IMG/VR virus record: IMGVR_UViG_3300012949_000001
Direction: 5' to 3' (one strand)
DNA: 64,000 nt
Origin: a virus
Both the position numbers and the translations under genes were made by a program. Position 1 is the stretch's first letter. Each line of letters starts with the position of its first letter. Shown one piece after another: positions 49,890 to 58,110 of the stretch. The notes beneath the pieces were generated by a model. That model had not been told where the DNA came from and did no database searches. It saw only the letters and a list, made by a program, of their open reading frames with translations.

Positions 49890-50039
49890 ATGATAATCAT
49901 GGAAGTAACTATCCCAATCAAATCACAACCACAACAAGTACCACAGCAAAGTAAACCTAAGAAGAGACGCAAAGGAAAGAATGAAGAAGTTTTGACATTC
50001 AAGCAGTTACTGGACATGGCAATGAAAAAGTACGAATAA
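49890..50039 (+). CDS. Small basic protein, 49 aa (not in track)
   Basis: RBS GAGGAGGTG; MIIMEVTIPIKSQPQQVPQQSKPKKRRKGKNEEVLTFKQLLDMAMKKYE. Confidence 0.6.
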   Translation: MIIMEVTIPIKSQPQQVPQQSKPKKRRKGKNEEVLTFKQLLDMAMKKYE

Positions 50040-50069
50040 CATTTAAGAGAAGGAAAGGAGAAAACACGT

Positions 50070-50345
50070 ATGATTACAACAAGAACAACAAATGAACTCA
50101 AAGAGGTAGCAGCAAGAGCACTGGAGAATTACTTAGAGGAACTGTTTAATGAGGCTATGGAGACATATGACACCAACAGAGAACTGTTATTATTATCTTT
50201 CTATTTCGTAGGTTGTGAATCTATTAAGAAGGGAACTTTCATGATTGTCAACAATGAAGACCTTGCATACATAGTAGTTCCTGGCATTCCATTTGATGTG
50301 ACAAAAGATTGGAGCTTTAGAAACACAGAAAGGAGATGGTCATAA
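50070..50345 (+). CDS. Hypothetical protein, 91 aa
   Basis: RBS AAAGGAG. Confidence 0.65.
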   Translation: MITTRTTNELKEVAARALENYLEELFNEAMETYDTNRELLLLSFYFVGCESIKKGTFMIVNNEDLAYIVVPGIPFDVTKDWSFRNTERRWS

Positions 50346-50695
50346 TGTTAATAACACCGAAGGTAGAAGTAGGACGCTGCTATACATCAATAGCACTTGG
50401 CATCTTTATTGTAAAGCATATTTCAATGAATGGCATTCTTGTAACCATAATCAACAAGTATGGTGAAGAGAGAAAGCTGAGCTATCTTATGTTTGACGAG
50501 GAACAGGACAGATCATTTAAGTGCAGAGAGATTTCAAGAGATTTCTTCATCAAAGAGTATAAGAACAATAGCAAGGATTATACTCTTAGATTTCTGTATG
50601 AAGATAAACCAAGAGAAAGATTAAAGGGGGTGACTAAGTTCAGAAAGATAAGAGCTGTGTATCAAGTATGTCAGCAACAAGAATATTGCTATTAA
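50345..50695 (+). CDS. Hypothetical protein, ~116 aa
   Basis: TAATG coupling with the previous gene; track start is 50336. Confidence 0.65.
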   Translation: MLITPKVEVGRCYTSIALGIFIVKHISMNGILVTIINKYGEERKLSYLMFDEEQDRSFKCREISRDFFIKEYKNNSKDYTLRFLYEDKPRERLKGVTKFRKIRAVYQVCQQQEYCY

Positions 50696-50710
50696 TAGGA
50701 GGTGATTGTT

Positions 50711-50788
50711 GTGAAGAAGGGCGAAATTGTGACAGTGGCTGCATTGTTCGCAATTGCAGCAATTCTATTGATTCTGTCAACCAGATAA
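50711..50788 (+). CDS. Single-TM micropeptide, 25 aa (not in track)
   Basis: RBS AGGAGGTG, GTG start; MKKGEIVTVAALFAIAAILLILSTR. Confidence 0.55.
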   Translation: MKKGEIVTVAALFAIAAILLILSTR

Positions 50789-50805
50789 TACAAAGGAGAG
50801 TGCAT

Positions 50806-51009
50806 ATGAAAAAAGTACTAGCAGTTAAGAAGAGATTTGTTCAAGATGGAAAAGTGTACATACAGGATTGCATCTCTGGACAGATCGCAGTGGTTGGTAG
50901 GAGCTTTGTTGCTCCTACTATCACTGATACCACACCAAAGGGGCCATATGTTGAAATTCCAAAATTCATGATTGAAAGGAGAAAGAAAGAGTATGGACGG
51001 AATGATTGA
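50806..51009 (+). CDS. Hypothetical protein, 67 aa
   Basis: RBS AAAGGAG; 3' part of track ORF 50668..51009. Confidence 0.6.
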   Translation: MKKVLAVKKRFVQDGKVYIQDCISGQIAVVGRSFVAPTITDTTPKGPYVEIPKFMIERRKKEYGRND

Positions 51010-51433
51010 GCTCCCAAGATTCAGAACAGTAGCTCTTGGGTATAGCAAAGAAGACATTGCCAACTATCTTGATTTGATTGGCAATGAAATCTTGAGATCA
51101 AAAGAGATTATTAAGGAGAATGCATCTCTTAGAGATCAGATTGGGGTGCTGCAGCTGTATCGTGACAACTATGAAGAACAGAAAGATTTAATAGCTCAAG
51201 CACTTATTGATGCTCGTGAAGCAGCTACGAATATTATCAAAGAAGCAGAAGATATTGCTGCAAAGATAGTACGCGAAGCTGAATCGAGGGCAAAAGAAAT
51301 CCTCACAAAGGCAAAAGAAGAAGCTAATATTACAATCAACGCTGCCAATGCTGCAGTTGCAAGAAAGGAGGAAGAGTTCAATAAGATACAAGGCAAGATT
51401 GAAGAACTTAGAAACATGCTAAATAAAGCATAA
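50993..51433 (+). CDS. DivIVA/GpsB-like coiled-coil protein
   Basis: PRFRTVALGYSKEDIANYLD followed by a long coiled coil with AIIxEAExxA-type repeats. Confidence 0.75.
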   Translation: MDGMIELPRFRTVALGYSKEDIANYLDLIGNEILRSKEIIKENASLRDQIGVLQLYRDNYEEQKDLIAQALIDAREAATNIIKEAEDIAAKIVREAESRAKEILTKAKEEANITINAANAAVARKEEEFNKIQGKIEELRNMLNKA

Positions 51434-51442
51434 CACATAATA

Positions 51443-51479
51443 AGTCTAGGAGGGCTCATATGCTGGGCCCTCTTAGACT
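51443..51479 (+). repeat. Hairpin element H2
   Basis: 16-bp stem AGTCTAGGAGGGCTCA/TGGGCCCTCTTAGACT with 2 G-T pairs, 5-nt loop. Confidence 0.75.
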
Positions 51480-51625
51480 AAAAGGAGGAATTATTGATGA
51501 TGTTAAGAGGAGCTTAGAGAAATACAATGATGAATATTTTATTTGCGAAATAGGCTTGACAGAGGAAGGATACAAAAACCTGTTGAATGAGTTAACAAAT
51601 AAAAATAATGTCAAGGAGGAAGGCT

Positions 51626-52261
51626 ATGTCAACCATAAATGATGTACTAACAATACTTCGCAACTACAATGATGAACCTGAAGAAATGGAACGTATACTT
51701 ATGTGCCTATCAAAAGAAGAGCAAGCAAAACTTAAGGATTTAAGAATTACGCTCGTAGATCAGATTGATTGCCCTAATAAATGTGATATTTTAATTGATT
51801 TTTACGAGATGCTAAAAATCACATCCGAAACACCTGAAACAAAAATAGATAAACCCAAATTAAATGACTGGAAAATCTATCTCTGGGGCAAAGCATATAG
51901 AAATTGCAAACCTCTAGTTAAATGGTGCAGACAAGCTATTAAAGATGGCAAATTACCTAAAAGAGTTGATGAAAACGGGTGGCTATATCTATATGTCAAT
52001 GACTTGCTCCCATATAAAGGTCATGTATTAGATGGTATTAATGCGGGTAGCATAGATTTATTTACGGTTATTAACGATGATGTTATTTCTGGCATAGAAA
52101 TTAAAATGCTAATAAAACAGATAATAAATGATGGCATGCCAAATATTAACCCATCATATTTGCCAGAATTAAAAGCAGGTCGCCTGGGATATGTAGCAGC
52201 ATATAATAAAGGCACTGAAAAATATCTACAAGCTGTTGGTTTAGGCAAATGGCTTAATTAG
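51626..52261 (+). CDS. Hypothetical protein, ~211 aa
   Basis: RBS GGAGG before ATG 51626 (track start 51608). Confidence 0.65.
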   Translation: MSTINDVLTILRNYNDEPEEMERILMCLSKEEQAKLKDLRITLVDQIDCPNKCDILIDFYEMLKITSETPETKIDKPKLNDWKIYLWGKAYRNCKPLVKWCRQAIKDGKLPKRVDENGWLYLYVNDLLPYKGHVLDGINAGSIDLFTVINDDVISGIEIKMLIKQIINDGMPNINPSYLPELKAGRLGYVAAYNKGTEKYLQAVGLGKWLN

Positions 52262-52279
52262 CCAGATAAACAAAATTAA

Positions 52280-52558
52280 GCAGGGATTAGCAATAAACTG
52301 CTTGGCAGAAGAGTTCAGATGCATAGTAACTGGGATAACATAAGACTGCAAATCATGTATCATGTTTTAAAGGCTAAGTTTACTCAGCATCCTGACTTAT
52401 TAAAGAAACTAAAGCAAATCAATGAACCAATTATAGAGGAGAATCATTGGAACGATACTTACTGGGGAACATGCAATGGAGTAGGCCATAACTATTTAGG
52501 AAGGTTTTTAACGAGAATAAAGAACGAATTGGAGGTCAATGATGATAAGAATAGTTAA
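52280..52558 (+). pseudogene. C-terminal half of a NADAR (YbiA-like) protein, N-terminus missing
   Basis: LLGRRVQMHSNWDNIRL...AKFTQHPDL...IIEENHWNDTYWG...GHNYLGRFL; in-frame TAA at 52277; weak RBS. Confidence 0.65.
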
Positions 52559-52856
52559 TATGAGAAATCACACCTATAGGCTATATGAGGTGCTCATTCG
52601 AGTAGACAGAACCACAACAGTAGGTAATCCGTTTCGTATGTACACTGAAGAGCAACGTGATGAAGTATGCGATAAGTATGAGAGTTATTTTTATCGCAGG
52701 CTTCAAAAGGATAAGAAGTTTAGGGATTATGTTGAGTACATAGTCGACACGGCCAGGAAGCATGATGTGGCATTAGGATGTTGGTGTTATCCAAAACGTT
52801 GCCATGCAGAAACAATTAAACGATATGTTGAAGAACGACTAAGAGGGGACCATTAA
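52539..52856 (+). CDS. DUF4326-like protein
   Basis: VDRTTTVGNPF...R.EVCDKY...LGCWCYPKRCHAETI. Confidence 0.75.
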   Translation: MMIRIVNMRNHTYRLYEVLIRVDRTTTVGNPFRMYTEEQRDEVCDKYESYFYRRLQKDKKFRDYVEYIVDTARKHDVALGCWCYPKRCHAETIKRYVEERLRGDH

Positions 52857-52877
52857 GGTTCCCTCTTAAAATTTGAA
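52841..52877 (+). repeat. Hairpin element H3
   Basis: 11-bp stem AAGAGGGGACC/GGTTCCCTCTT, 5-nt loop, then AAAATTTGA and RBS. Confidence 0.75.
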
Positions 52878-52938
52878 AGGAGGTGATGCAACCATCTTGC
52901 TATTAGCAAATCAATCTATTAAGAAGGGAGGTGCTGAT

Positions 52939-53361
52939 ATGGGTAAGAAGCTTATTAAGTCATGTATGCTGTGCATACTGCTTGCTTTAATAGCTATCAT
53001 GGTGAACATTGTTTTACCATCGTTGACTATTAGAGTGGCAGACTTAGTAACCTTTGCTGCCATTGTTTTTGTGATAGTGATAGTCATAAGGATGATTCCT
53101 GTCATAAAGCAGATGTGGCAAGATTACTGCGACCGCACAGATAAGGCTACCATGCGAGCCATGTTAGGAGTAAAGATGGCTATGGATTATGGCATAGACA
53201 TCAATGCTCCTATCGAGCGTGGTAATCCTTTAAAGCTTCTTATTAATGACGTCAACTGGCCGAAGAAATTCAACCAGTACAAGTATCAATTTGGCGTCAT
53301 GCCCAAAGGCGAAGATGAGTCAGAGGTAGACATCTATGCTCTGATGCATCAAGAAGTATAA
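52939..53361 (+). CDS. Two-TM membrane protein, 140 aa
   Basis: RBS GGGAGGTG; two hydrophobic N-terminal helices. Confidence 0.65.
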   Translation: MGKKLIKSCMLCILLALIAIMVNIVLPSLTIRVADLVTFAAIVFVIVIVIRMIPVIKQMWQDYCDRTDKATMRAMLGVKMAMDYGIDINAPIERGNPLKLLINDVNWPKKFNQYKYQFGVMPKGEDESEVDIYALMHQEV

Positions 53362-53528
53362 CCATACATAGAAAGGAGGTGATTATCAAAAAACGGTGGT
53401 ATCACAATCAATACTGGAGGCTGGAGGGCGGAGGTGTCCACGACGTACTGCTGATGGACGTTGGAGGAGAGTAGGCAGTAGATCGGCTATTTTTACAATA
53501 TCACTAGTTGAAAAAGGAGGAGATTCCG

Positions 53529-53639
53529 ATGACATGCAGTGCTTTACTAGTTCTTGGGGTACACATGATGTACTCACACAATTTGCAAATGATGGGTTTT
53601 CGGCAATACTATCGAAAGGTGGTGTTGCTGGGGATCTAA
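53529..53639 (+). CDS. Possible 36-aa peptide
   Basis: RBS AAGGAGG; MTCSALLVLGVHMMYSHNLQMMGFRQYYRKVVLLGI. Confidence 0.35.
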   Translation: MTCSALLVLGVHMMYSHNLQMMGFRQYYRKVVLLGI

Positions 53640-53683
53640 CCGTCACAAAAGAAAGGGCAGCCTACCCTACCTATGATAAGGGT

Positions 53684-53830
53684 TTTCCCTGGGATCGAGA
53701 GGAGGTGATGCCAGGGGAAGCAGCGTAACCGTTGACCTCTCGCCGGAGACCTTCCAGGTGCAGAATCTGGAATTCGTCTGCCAATGAGTGATTGTCTCGG
53801 GATAATGACGGGGCGAGTGCCAGATTGATG
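53684..53830 (+). ncRNA. Candidate structured RNA/leader upstream of the polymerase gene
   Basis: GC-richer than flanks; helices 53684-92/53711-19, alternative 53696-702/53736-42, 53764-70/53820-26 and 53791-806. Confidence 0.35.
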
Positions 53831-53865
53831 AGAGAGGGGTGTCAAATCCCTCTTTTAAAATTTGA
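53831..53865 (+). repeat. Hairpin element H4
   Basis: AGAGAGGGGT/ATCCCTCTTT, 5-nt loop, then AAAATTTGA. Confidence 0.7.
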
Positions 53866-54003
53866 AACGTGTTAGCCTAGCATAGCACGTTAAATCAAAA
53901 GAAAGGAGGATTAATAAGTCAAGACAAAACCATGACTGATATATCCATCAGTCTGTCATGGTGCTAGGAACAAGGTGGATAAAAAATTTGAAAGGAGATA
54001 ATT

Positions 54004-56052
54004 ATGAAAATGCACATCTTCAACAAAATGGACAAGGAACAAGAGGTAAAGATAATATTCAGAGGTCATGAGTTTTCCATGGCTCTGAAGGATCTACTTG
54101 ACAGAGTAGATGCAAATGGTGTTGGTAATATTTTAGGAACCAATGCTTTGTATTTCATTGACAACATCAAGTCAATGAATCCGCTGACAATTGAAATCGT
54201 GTCAGCAGAAACAGAAATGAATACAATCACATCAGCTTCTATTGCAGACAGAATCATGCCTATAGTTCAGAAACGTGGTCGTGGTTTGTCTCACATCCAC
54301 ATTGAACTTGGTATAGTACAAGTAGATGATAAAACCTATTTGAACAACAGGGTAGGTTTTATGAAGGTCCCTGAGAATTTGGCTTCAAGATTAGGAGTGT
54401 TCGACATCGAAGATTCTGTTGTGTTCCGTCATGGCAAAGACTTTGTACGGATTAACTCGACAGATAAATACCCTGCAACATTACAGATTATATCTGTACA
54501 CTATGCAGGGGATGAAGAACAAGGCAAATATGCTATTGAGAATGGCATATTCATGAAGCCTGATAAGAATGGCAACTATAAGTTCTATATCAAACAAGGT
54601 GATAAGTTATACGACTTAGAATCTGGTGAAGTAGTATTTGAAGGGAATGGCTTAATAAAGTATGTGCCATTTCCGTCATCAGCATCCAGTGAGAGAAGGA
54701 AATCGCTCTATTTCATAGATGCTTCCACAGAGGAGAGAAAGAGAAGAGCAGATGAAATTCTGGATTTGGTGACAAGCGGGGCTTATAGCATCGACTATGG
54801 CAAAGAAATGCAGTATGCCAAGTTTGCTAAACTGGCTGGTAGATGGACTCAGTTCCAAGCTCCTTCTGTTAGCCTTGGCTCTGTAGGAAGATATGCCCTA
54901 TTTGATGGGGTAATAAATGAGAACCGCTTGGATGGAATGATGTATGGTTCTGCAACATTTGTTGCAGATGCCATATTAAAGATGAAAGGATACAGGATTC
55001 ATCCAGATGCATTAAACGGTATATTCATGCAGATAAGACCTACTTTGATTAAGGCAGGTATGATTATCACAAAGGATGAGTATATCGAAAATCTGATTTA
55101 CACCCTGGATCCTAATCCGATTGTATTCCGTTATGAAGATGTAACTGAAGAGATTATCAATAACATTCGTAACGGACAATATCGTAACAGGATCATCATC
55201 ATTGGTGATCCTGAAGAACCTATAGCATATGTTGCTGACAGGAATGCACTGAAGTCAGATTATGATTTCAGAATCGTTCCTGAGTTTACTGTACTCAGAT
55301 TCTTAAAGAGTACAGATTCTAATTTTAGCAGCACCATATTCCAGAAGTGCGTTGCTAAAGATGCCAATAAAGCTATTAATCTTGCAAAGAGACTGTTTGT
55401 AGAGTTCTCTGCAGAAAGACTTAATAGCATGTTGGAGCCTAAAGCAAGAGTACTGTCTCCTGATAAGTTTGAAGGAGCATTCTATATGGATGAAATCCTG
55501 GAGAATGTATTCCCGAAATACGTCATGATGGACAGTAATTTTGCAATCAACAAATTAGACAACGTTACTAAGTCAATCAATAAGGCACTGGATAGATTTA
55601 AGGTGCCGATGAATGGTAAGAATGCTGGTCTCACAGTAGGTCTTGAAGTAGCATTTGGACTTAAGAGCTTTCTTGGGGACCATGAAGTATATTGCCATTC
55701 TCTTGAAAGGATGCTTAAGAAAGAAGAACGTCCTGAGGAGAAATGGAAGGTATTCATGATTAAATATCCTTCAATGGATATTGATGAATATCAAGTTGCA
55801 AGACTTGTTTCTACTTCAGAGCTGAAGAAGAGAATCAAGGCATCTGGACTTAGTAAAGACATGCAAAACATGTTCATTGATTACTATTGCAGTCTGCATG
55901 ACTCAGTTATAGTAGTACCTGCTTGTGAAGTATTCAAGAACATGTTGGCTGGTTCTGATTTCGATACTGACCAGGTTTGCTGCAGTATTGATGAAGAACT
56001 TGTTGAGTTACTTGAAAATGAACCTGTTGCTATCGTTTGCAGAGAGGAGTAG
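54004..56052 (+). CDS. RdRP-family (YonO/QDE-1-like) two-barrel RNA polymerase, catalytic part
   Basis: Ordered motifs KLAGRWTQF, LDGMMYGS, FMQIRPTLIKAG, LGDHEVYC, IKYPSMDIDEY and LAGSDFDTDQV. Confidence 0.85.
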   Translation: MKMHIFNKMDKEQEVKIIFRGHEFSMALKDLLDRVDANGVGNILGTNALYFIDNIKSMNPLTIEIVSAETEMNTITSASIADRIMPIVQKRGRGLSHIHIELGIVQVDDKTYLNNRVGFMKVPENLASRLGVFDIEDSVVFRHGKDFVRINSTDKYPATLQIISVHYAGDEEQGKYAIENGIFMKPDKNGNYKFYIKQGDKLYDLESGEVVFEGNGLIKYVPFPSSASSERRKSLYFIDASTEERKRRADEILDLVTSGAYSIDYGKEMQYAKFAKLAGRWTQFQAPSVSLGSVGRYALFDGVINENRLDGMMYGSATFVADAILKMKGYRIHPDALNGIFMQIRPTLIKAGMIITKDEYIENLIYTLDPNPIVFRYEDVTEEIINNIRNGQYRNRIIIIGDPEEPIAYVADRNALKSDYDFRIVPEFTVLRFLKSTDSNFSSTIFQKCVAKDANKAINLAKRLFVEFSAERLNSMLEPKARVLSPDKFEGAFYMDEILENVFPKYVMMDSNFAINKLDNVTKSINKALDRFKVPMNGKNAGLTVGLEVAFGLKSFLGDHEVYCHSLERMLKKEERPEEKWKVFMIKYPSMDIDEYQVARLVSTSELKKRIKASGLSKDMQNMFIDYYCSLHDSVIVVPACEVFKNMLAGSDFDTDQVCCSIDEELVELLENEPVAIVCREE

Positions 56053-56058
56053 TCAATC

Positions 56059-57726
56059 ATGGCTACTTCTCTTTTTATATCATCAAAAAAAATAACAGAA
56101 AGGGAGATTAATGAAATGGTTACTTTAAAGGGCGTTAATGAGGAACTGTATAAGGTATCTTATGAGAGCATTGGTTTAATGACTCTTAAGAAGATGGAAG
56201 GCATCAAGTATAGCATAGGCCAGATTTCAAACTGGGTTACTAAGTGGATAATGGTTAGTCCAGAAGAAATCAGAAAGGCTTTACGTGCTGATGGTTACAG
56301 AGAAGGCCGCAACAAGCACTATATCGGTCTGGTTGGCAAGCACAGCAATGAGATTGAAGAGTTCAAAGATGAGATTACTAAAGCTATCATCTTTGAGGTG
56401 AACTTTGCTCTTGATAAAGCTTGTCACAAAGAAATACAAACTTGCATCTGGTCTGATGAGAACATTAACAAATTCAGACTAGATATGATTAAAATTGGTC
56501 GTCTTTATCAAGAAAAGACGATCGATTATGCTAAGAAACTCTGCAAGTTAGATATCATCAATTCTCCAATGAGACACATTCAACTGTTAAGCATTGCTCC
56601 TATGAATGTGGCATTAGGAGAGGACAGGATAATCATTACACCTCCAATTGAAGACGAGAACAAGATTGTAGTAAATGATATTATCAATCAGGTTCGTCTC
56701 GATTTGGTTAATGAGTATAAGGAGTTTGTTGATGAGAAGCTGCTTCCTGCTATTAAATCAGCAAGACTTCCTAAAGATATGGCTGCAGAATTAGAGAGAC
56801 GTCGTTATGGCGACGTTGAAGCATTCGTAGCCATGAAGGAATATTACAAAGATATCTCTGGAGGATACATCAGAGTTTCTGATGATGTTGAGAGCGGAGA
56901 AGATGAAGAGACTTCATTATCCGTTGTTAAAGAACAGTTCAAGGAAGACAAGGCTCGTATTGAGAACATGATTCGTCTTGCAACACAATATATGAGCCCT
57001 GAAGAAAGAGGAGCATATATGAAGTATATTGCTGGACGCACAAAGAACAATCAGAAAAGAACTGATGGTTCTGAGAATAGGTTCTATCAGGCTCTTTGCC
57101 GTGAAGAGTTCCTGAGGTGGCTTATCAGTCTTGGCCTGAACGAAATAGACTTTGCTGGATACAAACTCTTAAACAATAAGGGTTATGTAGACGGTGATAT
57201 GGTCTGGTTCGAGAATGGGCAGGCTGCAAAGGCAATCATTGATGGAACCTATACAGGTTGGCTTACTATCAGAGAATACAATAATAAACTGTATGCTACA
57301 GTTGATATTAAGGACCTGATAGTTGTGCCTGAACCTAACAACAAAATCATAATCAAAGTACAACAGGGCTTTGTTTCAAAGCATGGTGCTGATAAGATTA
57401 TAAGAGCTATTAATACAAGCCGCAATGTAGTTATCAAGTCTGGAGGCAAAGATGGTTTCGTAATGGACATCATCAATGCCGAAGGTAAGAAGTGCTCAAT
57501 ACCTTATGATCTTAGACCTGTATTCTTCAAGATGTTTAAGGATTTAACAGGTAAGATCGTTAAGGTATCAAAGAATACTGTAAGAACACAGGCAGGTATG
57601 CTTGTTGATTCAGTGTATATTAGCATTGATCTTGATACTGTACCTGAAGGTCCTGAAGTAACTCCTATTAAGTTGCCTGAGGCCTTGACACTTGACGATA
57701 TAGTTGAGACAGATGAAATCATGTAA
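56059..57726 (+). CDS. C-terminal part of split RdRP-family polymerase
   Basis: SIGQISNW and LYQEKTIDYAKK match the post-catalytic RdRP motifs (lG.isn; aVD.aK); own RBS AGAGGAG, 6 nt after the upstream stop. Confidence 0.7.
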   Translation: MATSLFISSKKITEREINEMVTLKGVNEELYKVSYESIGLMTLKKMEGIKYSIGQISNWVTKWIMVSPEEIRKALRADGYREGRNKHYIGLVGKHSNEIEEFKDEITKAIIFEVNFALDKACHKEIQTCIWSDENINKFRLDMIKIGRLYQEKTIDYAKKLCKLDIINSPMRHIQLLSIAPMNVALGEDRIIITPPIEDENKIVVNDIINQVRLDLVNEYKEFVDEKLLPAIKSARLPKDMAAELERRRYGDVEAFVAMKEYYKDISGGYIRVSDDVESGEDEETSLSVVKEQFKEDKARIENMIRLATQYMSPEERGAYMKYIAGRTKNNQKRTDGSENRFYQALCREEFLRWLISLGLNEIDFAGYKLLNNKGYVDGDMVWFENGQAAKAIIDGTYTGWLTIREYNNKLYATVDIKDLIVVPEPNNKIIIKVQQGFVSKHGADKIIRAINTSRNVVIKSGGKDGFVMDIINAEGKKCSIPYDLRPVFFKMFKDLTGKIVKVSKNTVRTQAGMLVDSVYISIDLDTVPEGPEVTPIKLPEALTLDDIVETDEIM

Positions 57727-57735
57727 CAAACAAAT

Positions 57736-57764
57736 AAGGGCTGCCTGGATAACAGGTGGCCCTT
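57736..57764 (+). repeat. Hairpin element H5
   Basis: 12-bp stem AAGGGCTGCCTG/CAGGTGGCCCTT, loop GATAA; shares CAGGTGGCCCT with H1. Confidence 0.75.
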
Positions 57765-57790
57765 TCTTTACAACAGAAAGGAGATAAAAA

Positions 57791-58099
57791 ATGAATAGTA
57801 CAAATAAAACAATGAGCTTGGTGCTTAACCAGTTTGTTCTAAACAGTCTGTTAGCAGACAAAGAAGTAAAAGAAATAGTATTCAAACACATTGATAAGGA
57901 CTTTTGCAGCGACTACTTTGCAAAAGTGACGTTTGCGTCAGATGAACAGGTTGTTCTGTTATTTGACTTTAAGAATAATGCCTGGATAGATGCTAATGAG
58001 ATATTCTTCCCTAAAGGTAAGACACATGAATGCCCATTCCATCCAGGTACTATCTGCAGACATACTTGTGATGAATGCTGGTTTAATAAAACACTATAG
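57791..58099 (+). CDS. Hypothetical protein with C-terminal Cys/His cluster
   Basis: CPFHPGTICRHTCDECW; RBS AAAGGAG. Confidence 0.7.
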   Translation: MNSTNKTMSLVLNQFVLNSLLADKEVKEIVFKHIDKDFCSDYFAKVTFASDEQVVLLFDFKNNAWIDANEIFFPKGKTHECPFHPGTICRHTCDECWFNKTL

Positions 58100-58110
58100 G
58101 AGGGATAAGT

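Noticed and set aside
53396-53728. 110-aa track ORF
   Set aside because: Atypical composition, poor start context, and overlap with better-supported micro-ORFs and RNA helices.
53831-53855. tRNA T-arm-like hairpin
   Set aside because: The loop is 9 nt rather than 7 and no cloverleaf or acceptor stem is present; I saw no tRNA in the window.
53824-53895. Hammerhead ribozyme (TTGATGA...hairpin...GAAAC...GTT)
   Set aside because: The core has T instead of C3, there are ~8 extra nt between stem II and GAAA, and stem I cannot form without using core bases.
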